Counted from the first letter of the whole stretch, positions 24,878 to 38,141 are shown. The stretch: DNA of 63,878 nucleotides, filler included, from Cercozoa sp. M6MM (GCA_040357565.1; 9 parts of 9 records of this genome joined end to end with filler, not necessarily neighbours in it), one strand, 5' to 3'. The notes: generated by a model from the sequence alone, not told the origin. A program made the numbers and translations.

Positions 24878-25182
24878 AGACTGGTCATTGGTCTGGCCTG
24901 TCCTACCCGTTATCGGACCGGACCGCTACAGCACGCATAATCCTAGACAAACGAACTGACTGAAACGAAATCTAACGTGTGATTACTTTACTCAACTTCT
25001 CGGCTGTGGGGCCGCCACTACGCAAACGGAAGGACTCAGCGGACGGCCGTGATTGTGCTAGTACTATGGTACGCAACAGCGAGAGCGACGAATCGAACGG
25101 GTCAGAAAGTCAAACGATAGGGCGCAGTTTGAGGCGCCAAGTGACGAGAGGACTGTGTACTTGTGTTTGAGTGCGGTGAGAC

Positions 25183-27174
25183 CTAGAGCTCCTCCTTGGT
25201 CTCCTCCTCGGTGACCTCGGTGGCCAGCTCGACAGCGCACGCGGCGGAGTGGTCGGCCTTGCCGTGTTCGCACATGTACTTGACGAGGTCCTCGGCGGTA
25301 CGGCCGCCCGAGTATGGAATGGCCTCGTCGGAGCCGGCCGGGTAGAACACGATGGTCGGGAAGCCCGTGACCTCGACGTCCGGGTTGTCATTCTCGGTGC
25401 TGTCGACCTTGGCCACGAAGGCCTTGTCGTCCTCACCAAAGTGAGCGGCGAACTTCTCGTACTCGGGCGCCAGGCGCTTGCAGTGGCCGCACCACGGCGC
25501 GTAGAACTCCACGAAGCGATCGGCTGCAAGGGTAGGGTAGACGCAATAGGGGGGGGGGGGGGGGTTGGGGGATGGAAAAATATAAAAAATATCCCCGGGG
25601 GCCGCGCCGGAGCCGGCCGNNNNNNNNNNNNNNNNNNNNNNNNNNNNNNNNNNNNNNNNNNNNNNNNNNNNNNNNNNNNNNNNNNNNNNNNNNNNNNNNN
25701 NNNNNNNNNNNNNNNNNNNGAGACCTCTTCGTATGTACTGTTACCTCATTACCCCCCCCCCCCCGCCCCCGGGGGGGGGGGGGCCCCCGTTGAGGATATG
25801 AAAAGATATGAAAGCTACCCTCGGACTGCTCCTGCTTGACGACCTGCTCGTAGTTGCTGCCAACGACGACCTGCACAGCCTCGTCCTGCGTCTCAGGCAC
25901 CGGCGCCGACTTGAGGAACGGCTCGATCTCGCCAGCCTTGAACTTGGCCATGAAGTCGCCGAACGCCTCGACAGTCAGGTCACCCTCGTAGACGAACTTC
26001 TGTGCGGGGGGGGGGGGGGGTAATGAGGTAACAGTACATACGAAGAGGTCTCAAAGCACCTTGCTGCCGTCGGTGATGACAACGCCCGGACGCTTCTTGA
26101 GGCCGAGGTTCTGGACGTGCGCCTCGAACTTGATACCGTCGATCCACACGAAGGAGAGCTCGCGGTGCGAGCCGGCCACCTGACGAGCCACCTCAACGAT
26201 GTCGTCCTTCTCGGCGGAGTTCGGGTCCAGCGAGAGCCACAGCAGCGGCAGGCCGCGGTCGACGTACTTCTTGTAGTTGGCCGGGCCGATCTCGTCAATG
26301 AGCGCGAACGAGTTCTCCGTCACGAACTTGGTGAGCGTGGCCTCGTCGAACTCGCCGTCGAACGTCACCTCCGGCTCGTCGAACGTGCGCAGAAGCTTGA
26401 GCGCGCCCTGCTCCAAGCCGAGCTCCTTGGCCGCTGCCTCCGACACCTTCACGAAGGTCACGTCGTCGCGCAGAGCGTCGGCAAGCGACGTGTACGTCGC
26501 TGTCTGCTCCTCGGTCGGGAAGGCCACGACCACCTGCAGCACGGGTAAGTAACAGGCGGAAGGGACAAAAAGGACTCGGTACAATCGGGAACTTCTTGGC
26601 GAGCTCGTCGACAGCGCTCTTGGAATCGGCGTCAGTAACGGCCGGGGCCGAACGGCGACGCAGGTAGTTCACGATGTCATCCTTGCTGCGGCCGCCCTCG
26701 TAGTCCGTGGCCTTGCCGTCCTTGAACAGCTTGAGCGTCGGGTAGCCGCGCACGCCGTACTTGCCGCACGTCTCCGTCTCGGCCGTGCAGTCCACCTTGG
26801 CGAGAGCGATCTCGCCCGACAGCTCGCTGGCAGCGGCCTCAAAGTCCGGCTTCAGGCGCTTGCAGTGGCCGCACCACGGCGCGTAGAACTTCACGAACAC
26901 CAACTCCGACTGGCTCGTGCAGTCGCCGAAGTTGTCATCCGTGCACACCTGCCACGCAATGCACACTCCAATGCACACTCAGTCGCACTCGCAACCAAAC
27001 CACATAGCCAAACGCAAGTGAACAAATCGGGGAAAAACAAGACAAAATGACAAAGTGCGACCAACTGATCTTTTGCAAAGAACGCACCAACACATCGTTC
27101 TCAGTGGCGACATCCGTCTGGCCAAGGACACCGGTGAGCGCGGCAAGCGACAAAACAGACGTCAAAAGCTTCAT
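25183..27174 (-). CDS. PDI: Protein disulfide-isomerase (a-b-b'-a')
   Basis: Signal peptide MKLLTSVLSLAAL, two FYAPWCGHCK sites, GYPTLKLF/GFPTIVFY, C-terminal KEEL. Confidence 0.97.
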
Positions 27175-27322
27175 TTTCGGACTGTGACTTTTTTGCTAAA
27201 CAATGGAGACAGGGTCAGCGTTTCTCGGTTAGCTCCGGTCGATAATGAGTTCCAGTGACTACGAGGTCCGTGCCGAGTACTGCAAAGACCGCAAACGAGT
27301 TCGCTGAGAAAATGATGAACAG

Positions 27323-27356
27323 ATTGGTCGGGACAAAAATACGACAATGACGTCAT
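27323..27356 (-). promoter_or_regulatory. Candidate CCAAT box plus palindromic bZIP (CRE/ATF-like) site upstream of PDI
   Basis: ATTGG at 27323-27327 (CCAAT on minus strand) and ATGACGTCAT at 27347-27356, 150-180 bp upstream of the ATG. Confidence 0.3.
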
Positions 27357-27586
27357 GGAGCGCTGATTGCCCGAATATTCGAAAACGCGTAGCTGCTCCA
27401 TTGTTTATGCGGAGTTTTAAGCTTTTTTGAGTATCAACATGCTTTATAAAGTCCGGCACAAGAAGAGACAATGTTAAAGACTTAACGTATTTGTAATAGA
27501 TAAAAAAAGTGCAGTTTGCAGTTTTGGATTCAGTTGATACTTGTTATTGTGTACGGTGGGCATGTTTTGCCATTGAGGATGGCTGG

Positions 27587-30500
27587 TCAAACCGGCGGCA
27601 GCAGACGATCGCGATCATCGCTTTGGTCGTCCAGTTCAATGTCGTCAGGATCGTTGTTGACTCGCACACCATTCTCGACTTGCCGATTGGATCCGGTGCG
27701 GCGTCCTTGCCTGCCCAGTAGGAGGTTGGCACATTCAATGATACTGGAGTATGAGAGAAACAAGGCGAAACGTACCTCCAGTTGGACCACCACCTAACTG
27801 GCGCAATATCTTCGGTGAACTCGACGGGACCGCTGCCTTGCGCATCCGCTAGATCAGCTGGCAGTGCGGCACGGCAGGACGGACATCGCATTTGCACCTG
27901 ACACGATTAAGACGGCCTTGAGGAAAAAAAGAAAACGTTAAGAGAGCGCGGGGATGGGTACCTGCATCCATTGGCGCAGACAGTGCGCGTGGAAAAAGTG
28001 TCGACATGGCGTGTGTGCAATATCGTCCTGTGCCGTGCTGATATAGCCCGGCTCGTGCAGCTCGTACTCTGCCTCCAGTTCGGCGTCGGAATCATCGTCC
28101 GAATCACCGTCGTTTGTACCAGCGCCGTCGGTACTACCGCCCAGTACGCGGTCCAAACAGATGGCGCACGTGGCACGCCGCGGCACCTCGGTGCTGCTCG
28201 TGTAATCGTGAGCAACCGGTGCTGCACCTGAAGGGGAGAGAAGTCAGTACGTAACAGGAGCAGAGGGTAAAGCATGGTACCAGTCGCACTCAGCAGCTTG
28301 CGGGTGCAGGAAAAACGCTGCAGCAGGAAGCGCGGTCCCTTGTACCGCTGAAGTTCCATCCAGGCCAATTGGACGCACACCTGCTCATCAGTGCAAGCAT
28401 GCGTAGTCCAGGTTTACAGTCCAGGTGCACAGTCCAGATGTAAAATCAGATGTTTAGTCCAGATGCTTGTCCAGACGTACCCAGATGAAAATGACGAGAG
28501 CCGTCGTGGGCCGCGAGTGCGGCTGCAGCGCCGCGTCGGCCGCCTCGTGCCGCACAATGAGTGACAGGAAGTTCCGCGGGTACGCCCAGAAATACAGCGG
28601 CGGCATCAGTCGCAGCAGCGTCGTTCTACACGTGTAAGCCATAAAGGTGTTGAAATTGGGTTCTCGCTAAGAAGCAGGGTAAACAGATAAAAGGGGTACG
28701 AGTAGACATAGCGCCGTGTGACGCCATGCGTTGTGTTGTGCCGAATGGCATGCACGATCTGCGGCACCCAAAACGACGACAGCAAGGTGGCTACCACAGG
28801 TGCATACGGCTGCGTCAGTGCCACCACCACTAGTGTCACCAAGAGTCCTCCTACAGGAGAGACGGTAAAGGGTAAGATGTAACAGGAAGGTTAAAAGTGC
28901 AGACAGTACCATAGAAGCGCGACTGCACGGTGCCGAGAGCAGCAGCCGGTGACACATCGGGATGTTGGGCTTGGTAGCACGTCTATTCAAGAGTGTTGTG
29001 GGGTCGTTCCAGGTGACACAGCAACAAGCAAATCAGACCAACAGCAGTCGCATGTGACACACGGCGAAACAGATGAAATTGAACAGTGCAACAATGAGGA
29101 ACACGGCGAACAATGATTCGGCCTACACACAAACACGCTTGTTTATACTAGGACACAAGACGGCAGTAGGCCAAAGTTGTAGACAGTACCAGCAGCAACG
29201 CAAGCGAGGCATGCGCCATGCAAAGCATGGCGTCCATACCACAATGCCAGCTTAGTGACAGGAACGACGACTGTGCATTATCAAGTATAGATCATAATGG
29301 ACAGAGAATGTAGCCGAGAAAAACATAAAAGCAATGGGTACACGCTGGGCACGCGACTGACTTTGTGACAGCGTCGTCATAAAGTTGGTGATGCTGCACA
29401 AGTGTACATAGGCAAATGAGCTACGCTTCGGGTAGACAGGGTAGGATGGTACCCAATGGTGGCATTAACAGACAGCACGAGTGCCAGCAACGCGTATGTT
29501 GTGGCAGCACTGAAGACTATAAAACAACCAAAGCATTGCTGTCCATTTGTACACACTAAAAAAAAAGATACCACTGCCCAGATAGGCCAGTGTCATGCGA
29601 GAGACGACGGTGTGCGACTCGGCGTCGTCTTTGTTGTGCTGTTGGAGACACTCGGGCATTGTCATTCGCACCGTCGCCACCGACTCGGTCACATCTACAT
29701 TTGACATCACTCATGCGTCGCGCTCTGCGTCTACGTGAGGTACCAGAACCCAGATCGACCCGAAGATGCGCACGTGCAACACAGTGACTCAGCGGAATCC
29801 GACTGCTGTAGGCCGCCGCCACTCGCGCGTCTTTTGACTGCAAATGTTACACGACACTATCAAATTGACAAAGTGGCATGTGTGGTAGTGTACCACTTCG
29901 GTCTCTGTCGGGTGCCAATTGACTGTCTTGTTTAAAGATGGGCTCGACACAGAAAAGTTCAGCCCCCGCGTGCCGTAAGCACCGCGTTTCGCATCGTTCC
30001 AGAGCGAAACCTCCAACGTGTTATCGTCTGAATCAAATTGAACACGTGCACAAGATATCGCACATCTCATGTGGTCAAAACGTACCAGTGACATGACCGA
30101 GACCCCACATGAAAATACGCACGGCGTTCTGTCGCTCATGCACACCCTGCTCCGAGTCCGAGTCCGTCACGTTATCGTGCGCATGCCCAAACAGCACCAT
30201 TCTGCCAACACATATCCGTGCGAATGTGCAGAAACATGACAAAAAAGGGTACGATGAGTCCACAAAGACAGCCGGACAGGGGACGCTCGGCACGTTCCAG
30301 GCGACATCACTAAAGCTGCCGCCGTTTGCGGCAAGCTCCTGTAAGTCTGCGCACACGTCATCCGGCAGTTTCTGCACGCTCAGTCGTGTTATCGCCAGTG
30401 ACCGCGTATCACTCCTGAGGTCTACGTGCTCGTTCGTGGCTGGATCAATGAGCACTTCATCGCTCGAGCGAATCGAGTCATACGTCGTGTTTAGCGACAC

Positions 30501-30738
30501 ATCTGGCGTGTAGTCAAAGCCAAAGGTTCCTAGCAGTGCTGTGCGCTCAAACCACGTTTCAATGTCGACGACCGAGTTCTTGCCTAAGATTAATCCAGCG
30601 TATCCCGAGTCAATCGTGCCTCATCCATCCGCGCGGATGAGTCGCACCACAGCGACAAAATAATATGCTCACATAATTGTGTTTCGATCTACCTAGAGCC
30701 AAGTGCGCCGATACCAGGCACGCCAGCAATACTAACAT
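27587..30738 (-). CDS. Transmembrane RING-H2 E3 ubiquitin ligase, TUL1/Dsc1/FLY1 type
   Basis: Signal peptide, luminal domain, multiple TMs with SFWVPQIVH, LRLMPPLYFWAYPRNF and QRYKGPRFLL, then RING CAICL...TPCRHFFHAHCLRQWM..CPSCRAALP. Confidence 0.85.
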
Positions 30739-31233
30739 TGCAAGTGCACACACGTGCACACTCGACTTTCGAAGTCGATGAATCAGTTCATGACTTTTTT
30801 CGACTCTGACTCAATCATTCTTGATGATTCCAGAGGGACATGGACTGGACCAGGACGACAGTACTGTACTGTACAGTATGGTCGCATAATCGGCTTTCCT
30901 GTCACAGTATAAATTCCTACTTAGACGTGCGTCCCTAAGTGCATTCGTATCGTTTCTGCAAAATTAGGACCTTCTGTGCCGGGTTGTTGTTGTTTTGGGG
31001 GTTTTGGCGTGATCGGTTGATACTGTTCACCGACGTGGTCCCCGTACTTACACCGTCGCAAAATTTTGGCAACAAACACGAGTAACAGATCTCTTTGTGA
31101 GTAGCCCTTGCCTGTTATTTCGGTGGCAAGAGTGCAAGAAATACGGTTTTTGCAATTTGGCGCGTGTCGTTGGACAGACTGGCTACTCTGGCAACTCTCA
31201 CTGTTTCCCAGCAGGGACTAACATCATTTGCTC

Positions 31234-33235
31234 ATGTCGGAGGAATCCTTGCTCGAGCAAACGGTGTCACAAACCACCGTGCCCCAGGTACACCGTGCCG
31301 GATCGAGTCTTGTTGAATCAAGATATTTAAGTCGTCGCAAGCAGTCGCAGGCGCGCCTTCCGCAGTTTCCGTTTGCGAATGACGGTTTTACGAGTCGTTT
31401 GCTGCCGCAAGAGCGCTCTCGCTGCACGGTGAACGTGGAGCAGCTCATGGGCATTCTTGCTGGTATCAGTTTTCCTTCAGTTCCAGTCAGCCACTCCTGC
31501 AGTTAAAAATGACTCGCACAGGAGGTGAAAAAGCACTGAAGAGGCGCGAGCAATTCATTGAAATGCTGGAGGCTGGTACTTTTTTGCTTGTTTTCGTGTT
31601 TTGTTTTTTGTTCGTTTGTTTTTGCATATTTATTTATCTTTTGCTTTCAAAAGATGATCGCTTCGACGTGTCTGAATTCCCGTACCCTTTGGTGCTTTCG
31701 ACTTATGTTTGGTTGTAGCTTTCTTCTTTTTTACAGATACCTCGATCGCGAGCAAGCGATGGAAAAGTCTCTTCGCTTCCATTTGTTGCTCTACGAGTAC
31801 GTGCTGAAGAACGGCTTGACATTGGTGGGCATTTGAGTTTCTTTTAATTTGCTATTTGTTCTCTGAGTGAAAGCTGTTGCTGTACAGGATGAAGGCTACG
31901 AATTGCACCGTCTCATGAACAATGGCGGTCCTCTGACTTTGCATCATGCCATGTTCCTTCCGACAATACAGTCGCAGGGCTCGCCCAAGCAGGTCAGTTT
32001 TGTGTTTTTGAAAGTGAGAAACTTCAGTTGAAATTGTTTGGTGCCCGTAGGTGGCAAAATGGGCGCCACTTGCACTGACGTTCCGCATCCTCGGTTGCTA
32101 TGCGCAAACAGGTAAGTTTTTTGGTTTTTTGTGTCAGTTGCGATTCAGTTTGATGCGTTTCTTGCAGAATTGGGCCACGGTTCCAACGTGCGCGGAATCG
32201 AGACTTTGGTGTCTTTGTTTGCTGCTTTTAGGTGTGTCTGACGTTTAGATAATCTCACAGGCGACGTTCGATCCTGCCACGGACGAGTTTGTCGTTCACA
32301 CGCCGCATTTGCGTATTCAGGACACACTTCATTTCAACTAAACCACGGCTTTGTATATTGATCGTTTCTTTTGGCAGGCGCGTTGAAATGGTGGCCGGGC
32401 GGAATGGGTCTGGCGGCGACACATGCCGTGTTGTACGCTCGTCTCGTATTGCCGCCCCCGCACGGTGGTACTGAAGTGAAAGATTCGCTTGATTGACTGA
32501 AGTTTGGCTTTGTTGTGCATCAGACATGGGCGTGCACGCCTTCGTTGTGCCCTTGCGCGACATGACGACTCACAAGTGAGCTTTTGCTTTTACCTTTGCT
32601 TTGCTTTGCTTTTTACTGTCAGTTTGCAAAAAGAACTTACACGCCATTGAGCTTGGTTTTTTAAAGCTTTCAACTGAATATTCTTCGATTTGAGCTTTCA
32701 ACTCAGCTTCGAGCTTTTCAATTTTTCTTTTTGTCTCTGTGCTTTTTTTTTGAATGCTTGTGGCTTTCGAGATTTTGTGTAAACTTTAAACTTCAAATAC
32801 ACAGTTTGGAACTTAAACTTCCTGAAGTTTTCACCTTGCCAGAGCAGTGTTATTGTTGAAAGTGTGTTTCTGCAGACTGTTGCCGGGTGTGCATGCTGGT
32901 GACATTGGTCCGAAGCAAGGCTGGAACACGATCGACAATGGCTTCTTGCGTTTGGACAATGTGCGCATTCCGCGCGATCATCTGCTGCAACGATACTGCA
33001 AGGTAGCTACTTTACCCATTCCTCCCCTTGACCCCTTTATCCTCGTACTTCCCTTGGTTAGGTGAGCTCTGAAGGCAAGTACGAGCGTCGTCAGAAGGGT
33101 GGTATTATTGCCTCTTTTGACTTTTGTTCAGTCATTCGAGGTTGTTTTTTCAAAGGTGCGTCGGCAAGTCGGATGGGCTACCTGACGATGATGCAGATTC
33201 GTGCTGGCATTGTCGCCTCGGCGGCTGATTACTTG
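31234..33235 (+). CDS. ACOX: Peroxisomal acyl-CoA oxidase, 5' part (truncated by contig end)
   Basis: LHHAMFLPTI, GCYAQTELGHGSNVRGIET, KWWPGGMG, GDIGPKQGWNTIDNGFLRLDNVRIPR. Confidence 0.95.
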
Positions 33236-33365
33236 TAGCCTTACCCCCCTCCCCTTTTTACCCCCNNNNNNNNNNNNNNNNNNNNNNNNNNNNNNNNNNN
33301 NNNNNNNNNTTAATTAATTAANNNNNNNNNNNNNNNNNNNNNNNNNNNNNNNNNNNNNNNNNNNN

Positions 33366-34174
33366 GGGGGGTAAATAGGCACCGAATGTCCTCGGCACCG
33401 TCAACGAGCGCCGTGATCGTCAGAACGGCACCTGACCTCTGTACCACCCCTTTAACATTAATACCCTCACGTTCTCACCCCCTTAACGTTCTACACTCCC
33501 TTAACAGCCCCTCAACAGTACACCTCCTTAACAGTACTACATCCACCTTAACAGTACCACAGTACTATACAGTACTCGCTTGATAATACTCAGCAAACAC
33601 ACTGGCACAGAAGTCGACAGCAGACGCGCCGCTCGGAACAGCGAAACCTGCTCACAGACGGGGGATACAAAGGGAGCAGGGGGGGGGGGGGTAAGACTAC
33701 CCGTGCCGACTCGGCGACACTGGAGATCGCCTTGAGCGTACTGGGTCCCACACCGCGCGACGGTTTGTTCACGATGCGTCTGTGGGAGGAGGTATCAATG
33801 GGGGGTGGGGAAAGGGAAGGTGGGGTACGAGAAGGACAGGTCATCTTGCGGATCGGCAACAACGCGAAGGTAGGCCACGACATCCTTGACCTCCTCGCGT
33901 GCGAAAAATGACGTTGCGCCCACCAGTCTAACGGGGGAGGGGGGGGGCAAGAGGGGTGGGGGGGGGGGGGTGCAAAAAAGAACTACCGATAAGCCAAACG
34001 GTGGTTTCGCAGTGCCTCCTCCATGCGTCGACTCATCGCGTTGGTGCGATACAGCACGGCGCGTGTCTTGCCTCTTCTCGAAGAAAGGAACTCCGCAATG
34101 TGCCTCGCCTCACTTTCGGCATCGTCTAGCTTCACCTGCAGGGGGATACGTGTGTGTGTGTGTGTGTTTGTGTG

Positions 34175-34228
<54 letters not shown>

Positions 34229-34238
34229 NNNNNNNNNN

Positions 34239-34287
<49 letters not shown>

Positions 34288-36449
34288 GGGGGGGGGGGTG
34301 AAACTACCACTTCCACAGGCGCACACTCGGCCGGCGCGTGCGACTGCATGTGCTTGTGCACCCTACCATAACCGTATTTGGGGGCAACGGGCAAAAGAAG
34401 AGAAACCTCATGGTACCGATTGCCCACAGAAGCGAGAATAACCTGATCTGAGCAGCGCAGGATCGACGGCGTTGAGCGATAGTTCTATTTATTCAAAACG
34501 CCCCAACCTTTCTGACCTTCCCCTCGTGGAAAGCAATCATTGAAAGCAATCATCGAAAGCAATCACCGAAAGCAATAATCGAAAAGCTCAAGTGACTAGG
34601 TACCACATTAAGAATCACTTGCTTGAATGAACCTATCAATTCAGCGAAATAAGCAAGCTGCAGATCAGTCAAAGTGCGAAGAGGGAGTACTGTACTCTTT
34701 GAAAATGTGCGGCGAAACGCGTCGAAATTCGAACGCGCAGCGGCGCCTGATTTGTTTCACAAAAAGACAGAATTAAACATACACGCACATTACAAGCAAG
34801 GTACCACGCCACGAGTAGATCGACTGATCGGCATCACCTGAAGTCCGAGCGCCATTTTACACCTCTACCCCCAGACAAAAAGGACAGATAATACCAACAG
34901 CAAAGATCGACGGCTTTGCGTGCCCTTGTGCCAGTTTTGACGCGATTAGAAACTGCGTGTCGTTTGTGTCCCTGTAAATGAAGAGTAGATAGACGATACA
35001 ATCACACAGTTGAATAGAAACGCACTGAAACTCATCGATCAGCAAATGCCGAACTCCGTCGATTTTCACTCGTTTCTCGTGCTGCAAAGTTAAGCACAAA
35101 ACAGGTTAACGTGCGAACAACATTGAAGTAAGGCAAAGTGTCACTACAAGCAGTTGGTAGACACGCCACAACAGATCAGAAAAATCTAGTGCTCGCGATT
35201 TCTGTCACGTCACAGCCAGCCAGTTCACCAAAAACGTCGCGTTTAAGCGCCCAGAGATAATGCACAAGTACCTTGAGTCGCTCCTGGTACCGAGTGTATG
35301 CTTCATACAGAACTGAAAAACCAAACCAATTGAGAAACCAAACAGGCCAAGAGAACGAAAGAATACGCCTGTGAGGTCCGCGCGGATTGTTATCGATTTT
35401 TTGCCTGTTTTCTGCAAGAAATACATGTTCAGGACATTGCAAACGTATCAGAAGACGTGCAAAGAGGCTACTGGTTTCATAGTCTTCCGGGTCGAGTCGT
35501 TTGCGCTTCAACTTGGCAATTTTGTCCACCAGGTCCAGCTGTGCGTTTGCATCGTATTACTTAGAAAGCGCTACTTCAAAAGTACCGCCTCTCGGCGCAG
35601 AGGCTTTTCCTCGCGTCGTAGTTCTAGCGGAAGTGACTGGCACACCTCTTTCATGAGGGACAACTGTGCACAGCCCAGTTCACGTGCCCTTGTGCAGTCA
35701 TGCTTCAAATTTACCGTATCGTCGGAGTCAATGATATGAAAATTGCGAGGCACGCCAACTGAGGGGCCTGCACACATGCCGAAACTGTCGACAACTCGCA
35801 AGTCAATGATCAGACAAGAAACTAACCAAAGCGTCGCAACAGTTCGGCACAAAACGCATGGAAGGTTGCAACTTTGCTGCTTGAGCATTGTTCTCGTGAT
35901 TGCATGTTTGCAAGAAAAAGAATGCAAGAAAAAGACACGAGGTACAGGAAACTCGCGGCGTCGCCGACGGCACTCCTCACCCGATTCTTCATTTCCTTCG
36001 CAGCCTGAAACCCACAAAGTCTTCTACTCTGATAAAAACACTGAACTGAGTTGAGAAAGAGAAACTTTATTCGTGAAGGTCAGTGCGACGATTTGCTTGG
36101 CTGCCTGATCCATCGTGCGGCACTCGCTGCCCACGAAGAGTGCAGTCGAGAAACAGGGATAAGCAGGAACAGGACGAACCTCTGCGAGAGGAGAAAAACA
36201 ATGCGTGCCACAATGACTCGCGTCTTGCCTGTGCCAGGACCAGCCAGCACGAGCTGCACAGTGTGTATGTCAGAACGCATTTTCACAAGCGAATCGAAAC
36301 TATGGTACCGACGCCGACGGCACCGGCTGCGTCACAGCCTCGCGCTGCCGCTCGTTTAGCGACGACAGGAGAGCCTACGTTCATTTTTGCCTAGTTCTGA
36401 CAGGGACATCAGCCAGGAAGCTTGGCACCTGAACGCCATGTCGCGACAT
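33366..36449 (-). CDS. UvrD/PcrA/Srs2-family SF1 DNA helicase (3' truncated)
   Basis: LNERQREAV, LVLAGPGTGKTRVIVARI, LLIDEFQDTN, VGDADQSIYSWRGA, NYRST, RIVNKPSRGVG. Confidence 0.92.
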
Positions 36450-36755
36450 CCAAACTGCCAATTTTGGCGCGAAGCACAGACAAGTCTTAAGGTCCCGTAG
36501 CAAGGCACGCTATCAGAACCCAGACAGTTCACGGAGCTACAACGCTGTTTTGAGTTCTGCACCTGCACACCGGATCGTGGATGTTGAGCCAGAAAACTCT
36601 TTCGTACTGTAGATCTTTTTCCTCGCTTAGACTCACTGTGAAAGTCTTTTTTGGTGTTGTATTAGTGCTGAAAATTTATCCTGCTGGCAGCACGGCATTT
36701 AGACTGGTCGCTTGCTTTTCGCGTTTCTTCAACAATTGTTGCACGCCGTTGAATC

Positions 36756-38074
36756 ATGTCTTCGGCCGTCCTACGCCTTCGCAAAGAGCTGTCAAGTAAG
36801 TGTTAATGTCTCATCAAGCGATTGTTTGGATTGCTTTGTGTGCAGGGATGCGCAGAGACCCGCAGCCGGGCCTCACGGCATGTCCGTTGGAAACCAATCT
36901 GCTAGGTGCGAGAAAAGCCAGAAGCAGCGTGTAGTGTGCCAAACTGAATGAAACACTGCGCAGTTTGGTACTTTTGCATCAGCGGCGACGTGCTTAAGGA
37001 CTCACCTTACGTAGATTCACTTTCAACATTATTGATTCTCTCGTGTGACCCATGCATAATACAGGAAGGCGGAGTGTACATGGGCGTCATCCAGTTCCCG
37101 CCAGAGTATCCCTTTAAGGTATGCAACTTTCGAGTATTGCGAAATCTTTCAATCTGTGAAATGTAGCCTCCATCACTGCGAATGGTGACACCAAACGGAC
37201 GCTTCGAAACCAACACGCGACTCTGTCTGAGTACAGTTTGAACTTCCAGTTGAGTTGGCTTCGGTTGTGCTGCAAAAGCAAGGCCCTTCCTTTGTAGGCA
37301 TGAGCGACTTTCATCCTGAATCGTGGAATCCCTTGGTAAGTCTCACGCTGCTACACTTTCTGTTTGTGTGATAAGTTGTGATTGTTTCTGGGGCAGTGGA
37401 GTGTCGGCACAATTCTCAATGGGCTGGTGTCCTTTATGCTGGAAGAAACGCCCACTGCCGGCAGCATGAGTACGACACCACGCCGGCGGTGCGTTTCTTC
37501 CAATCCTTGTCATTCGAAAGTATCGATACGACTTATGTTGGTTGGACCCAAATTTAGGGCCGAGTTGGCACGCGCATCGCTCGATTTCAACTTGAACAAT
37601 GTGAGGACTTGCCTTCACTTCAGTTTTATGGCTTGTCCTGGCGTTTCTTTATGTCAATTAGTGTGTTTTTAGGACACGTTCCGCTCGCTGTTTGCGGAGC
37701 AGTGCGAGGACATCACCGAGCGACTCACTCTGCCTGCTGACGAGTTGGAACAGCAGTTCTCGCCGCTTTTGAGGTTGTTGTTCTCGTTGCAGACAGGAGA
37801 CTTGCTGATTGCTTGTGTGTGCTGTACTGCAGAAGAACTCAAGTGCCCCAAAGGCGGCGGCAGCAGCACATGCAGCACAAAGTCACCGACTATTGTACAG
37901 ACTTCGCTTGCTCTGACCCATGTTTTTTTTTGGTTCCTCTTGATCTCTTTTCAACTCTACCTACGCAGTCCTGGTCACTGTGCTTGTCGCTGTTCTGGCC
38001 TTCTTTGTCTACCGCGTCTATCTCGTGTAGCTTTTGCCAGTATCCATGGCCGAGTTGAAAAAACTGAGGCGTAG
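36756..38074 (+). CDS. UBC6: Ubiquitin-conjugating enzyme E2, UBC6/UBE2J2 type with C-terminal TM anchor
   Basis: [62 protein letters not shown], hydrophobic tail. Confidence 0.93.
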
Positions 38075-38130
38075 CTAACTTTAACCGTCACTTAAGTTGA
38101 AAAAACTGAGGCGTAGCTAAGTTTAACCGT
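38052..38130. repeat. 36-bp direct duplication spanning the UBC6 stop codon
   Basis: AGTTGAAAAAACTGAGGCGTAGCTAA(C/G)TTTAACCGT twice, a few bp apart. Confidence 0.9.
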
Positions 38131-38141
38131 TCTCGTTGCTC

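Noticed and set aside
25720-26052. ~45-bp inverted duplication shared by two PDI introns (GAGACCTCTTCGTATGTACTGTTACCTCATTACCCC)
   Set aside because: One copy abuts an N gap and G/C homopolymers, so a local misassembly is more likely than an introner element.
27312-27366. Box C (ATGATGA) ... box D (CTGA) snoRNA-like pair
   Set aside because: Short, with no convincing terminal stem or recognisable guide.
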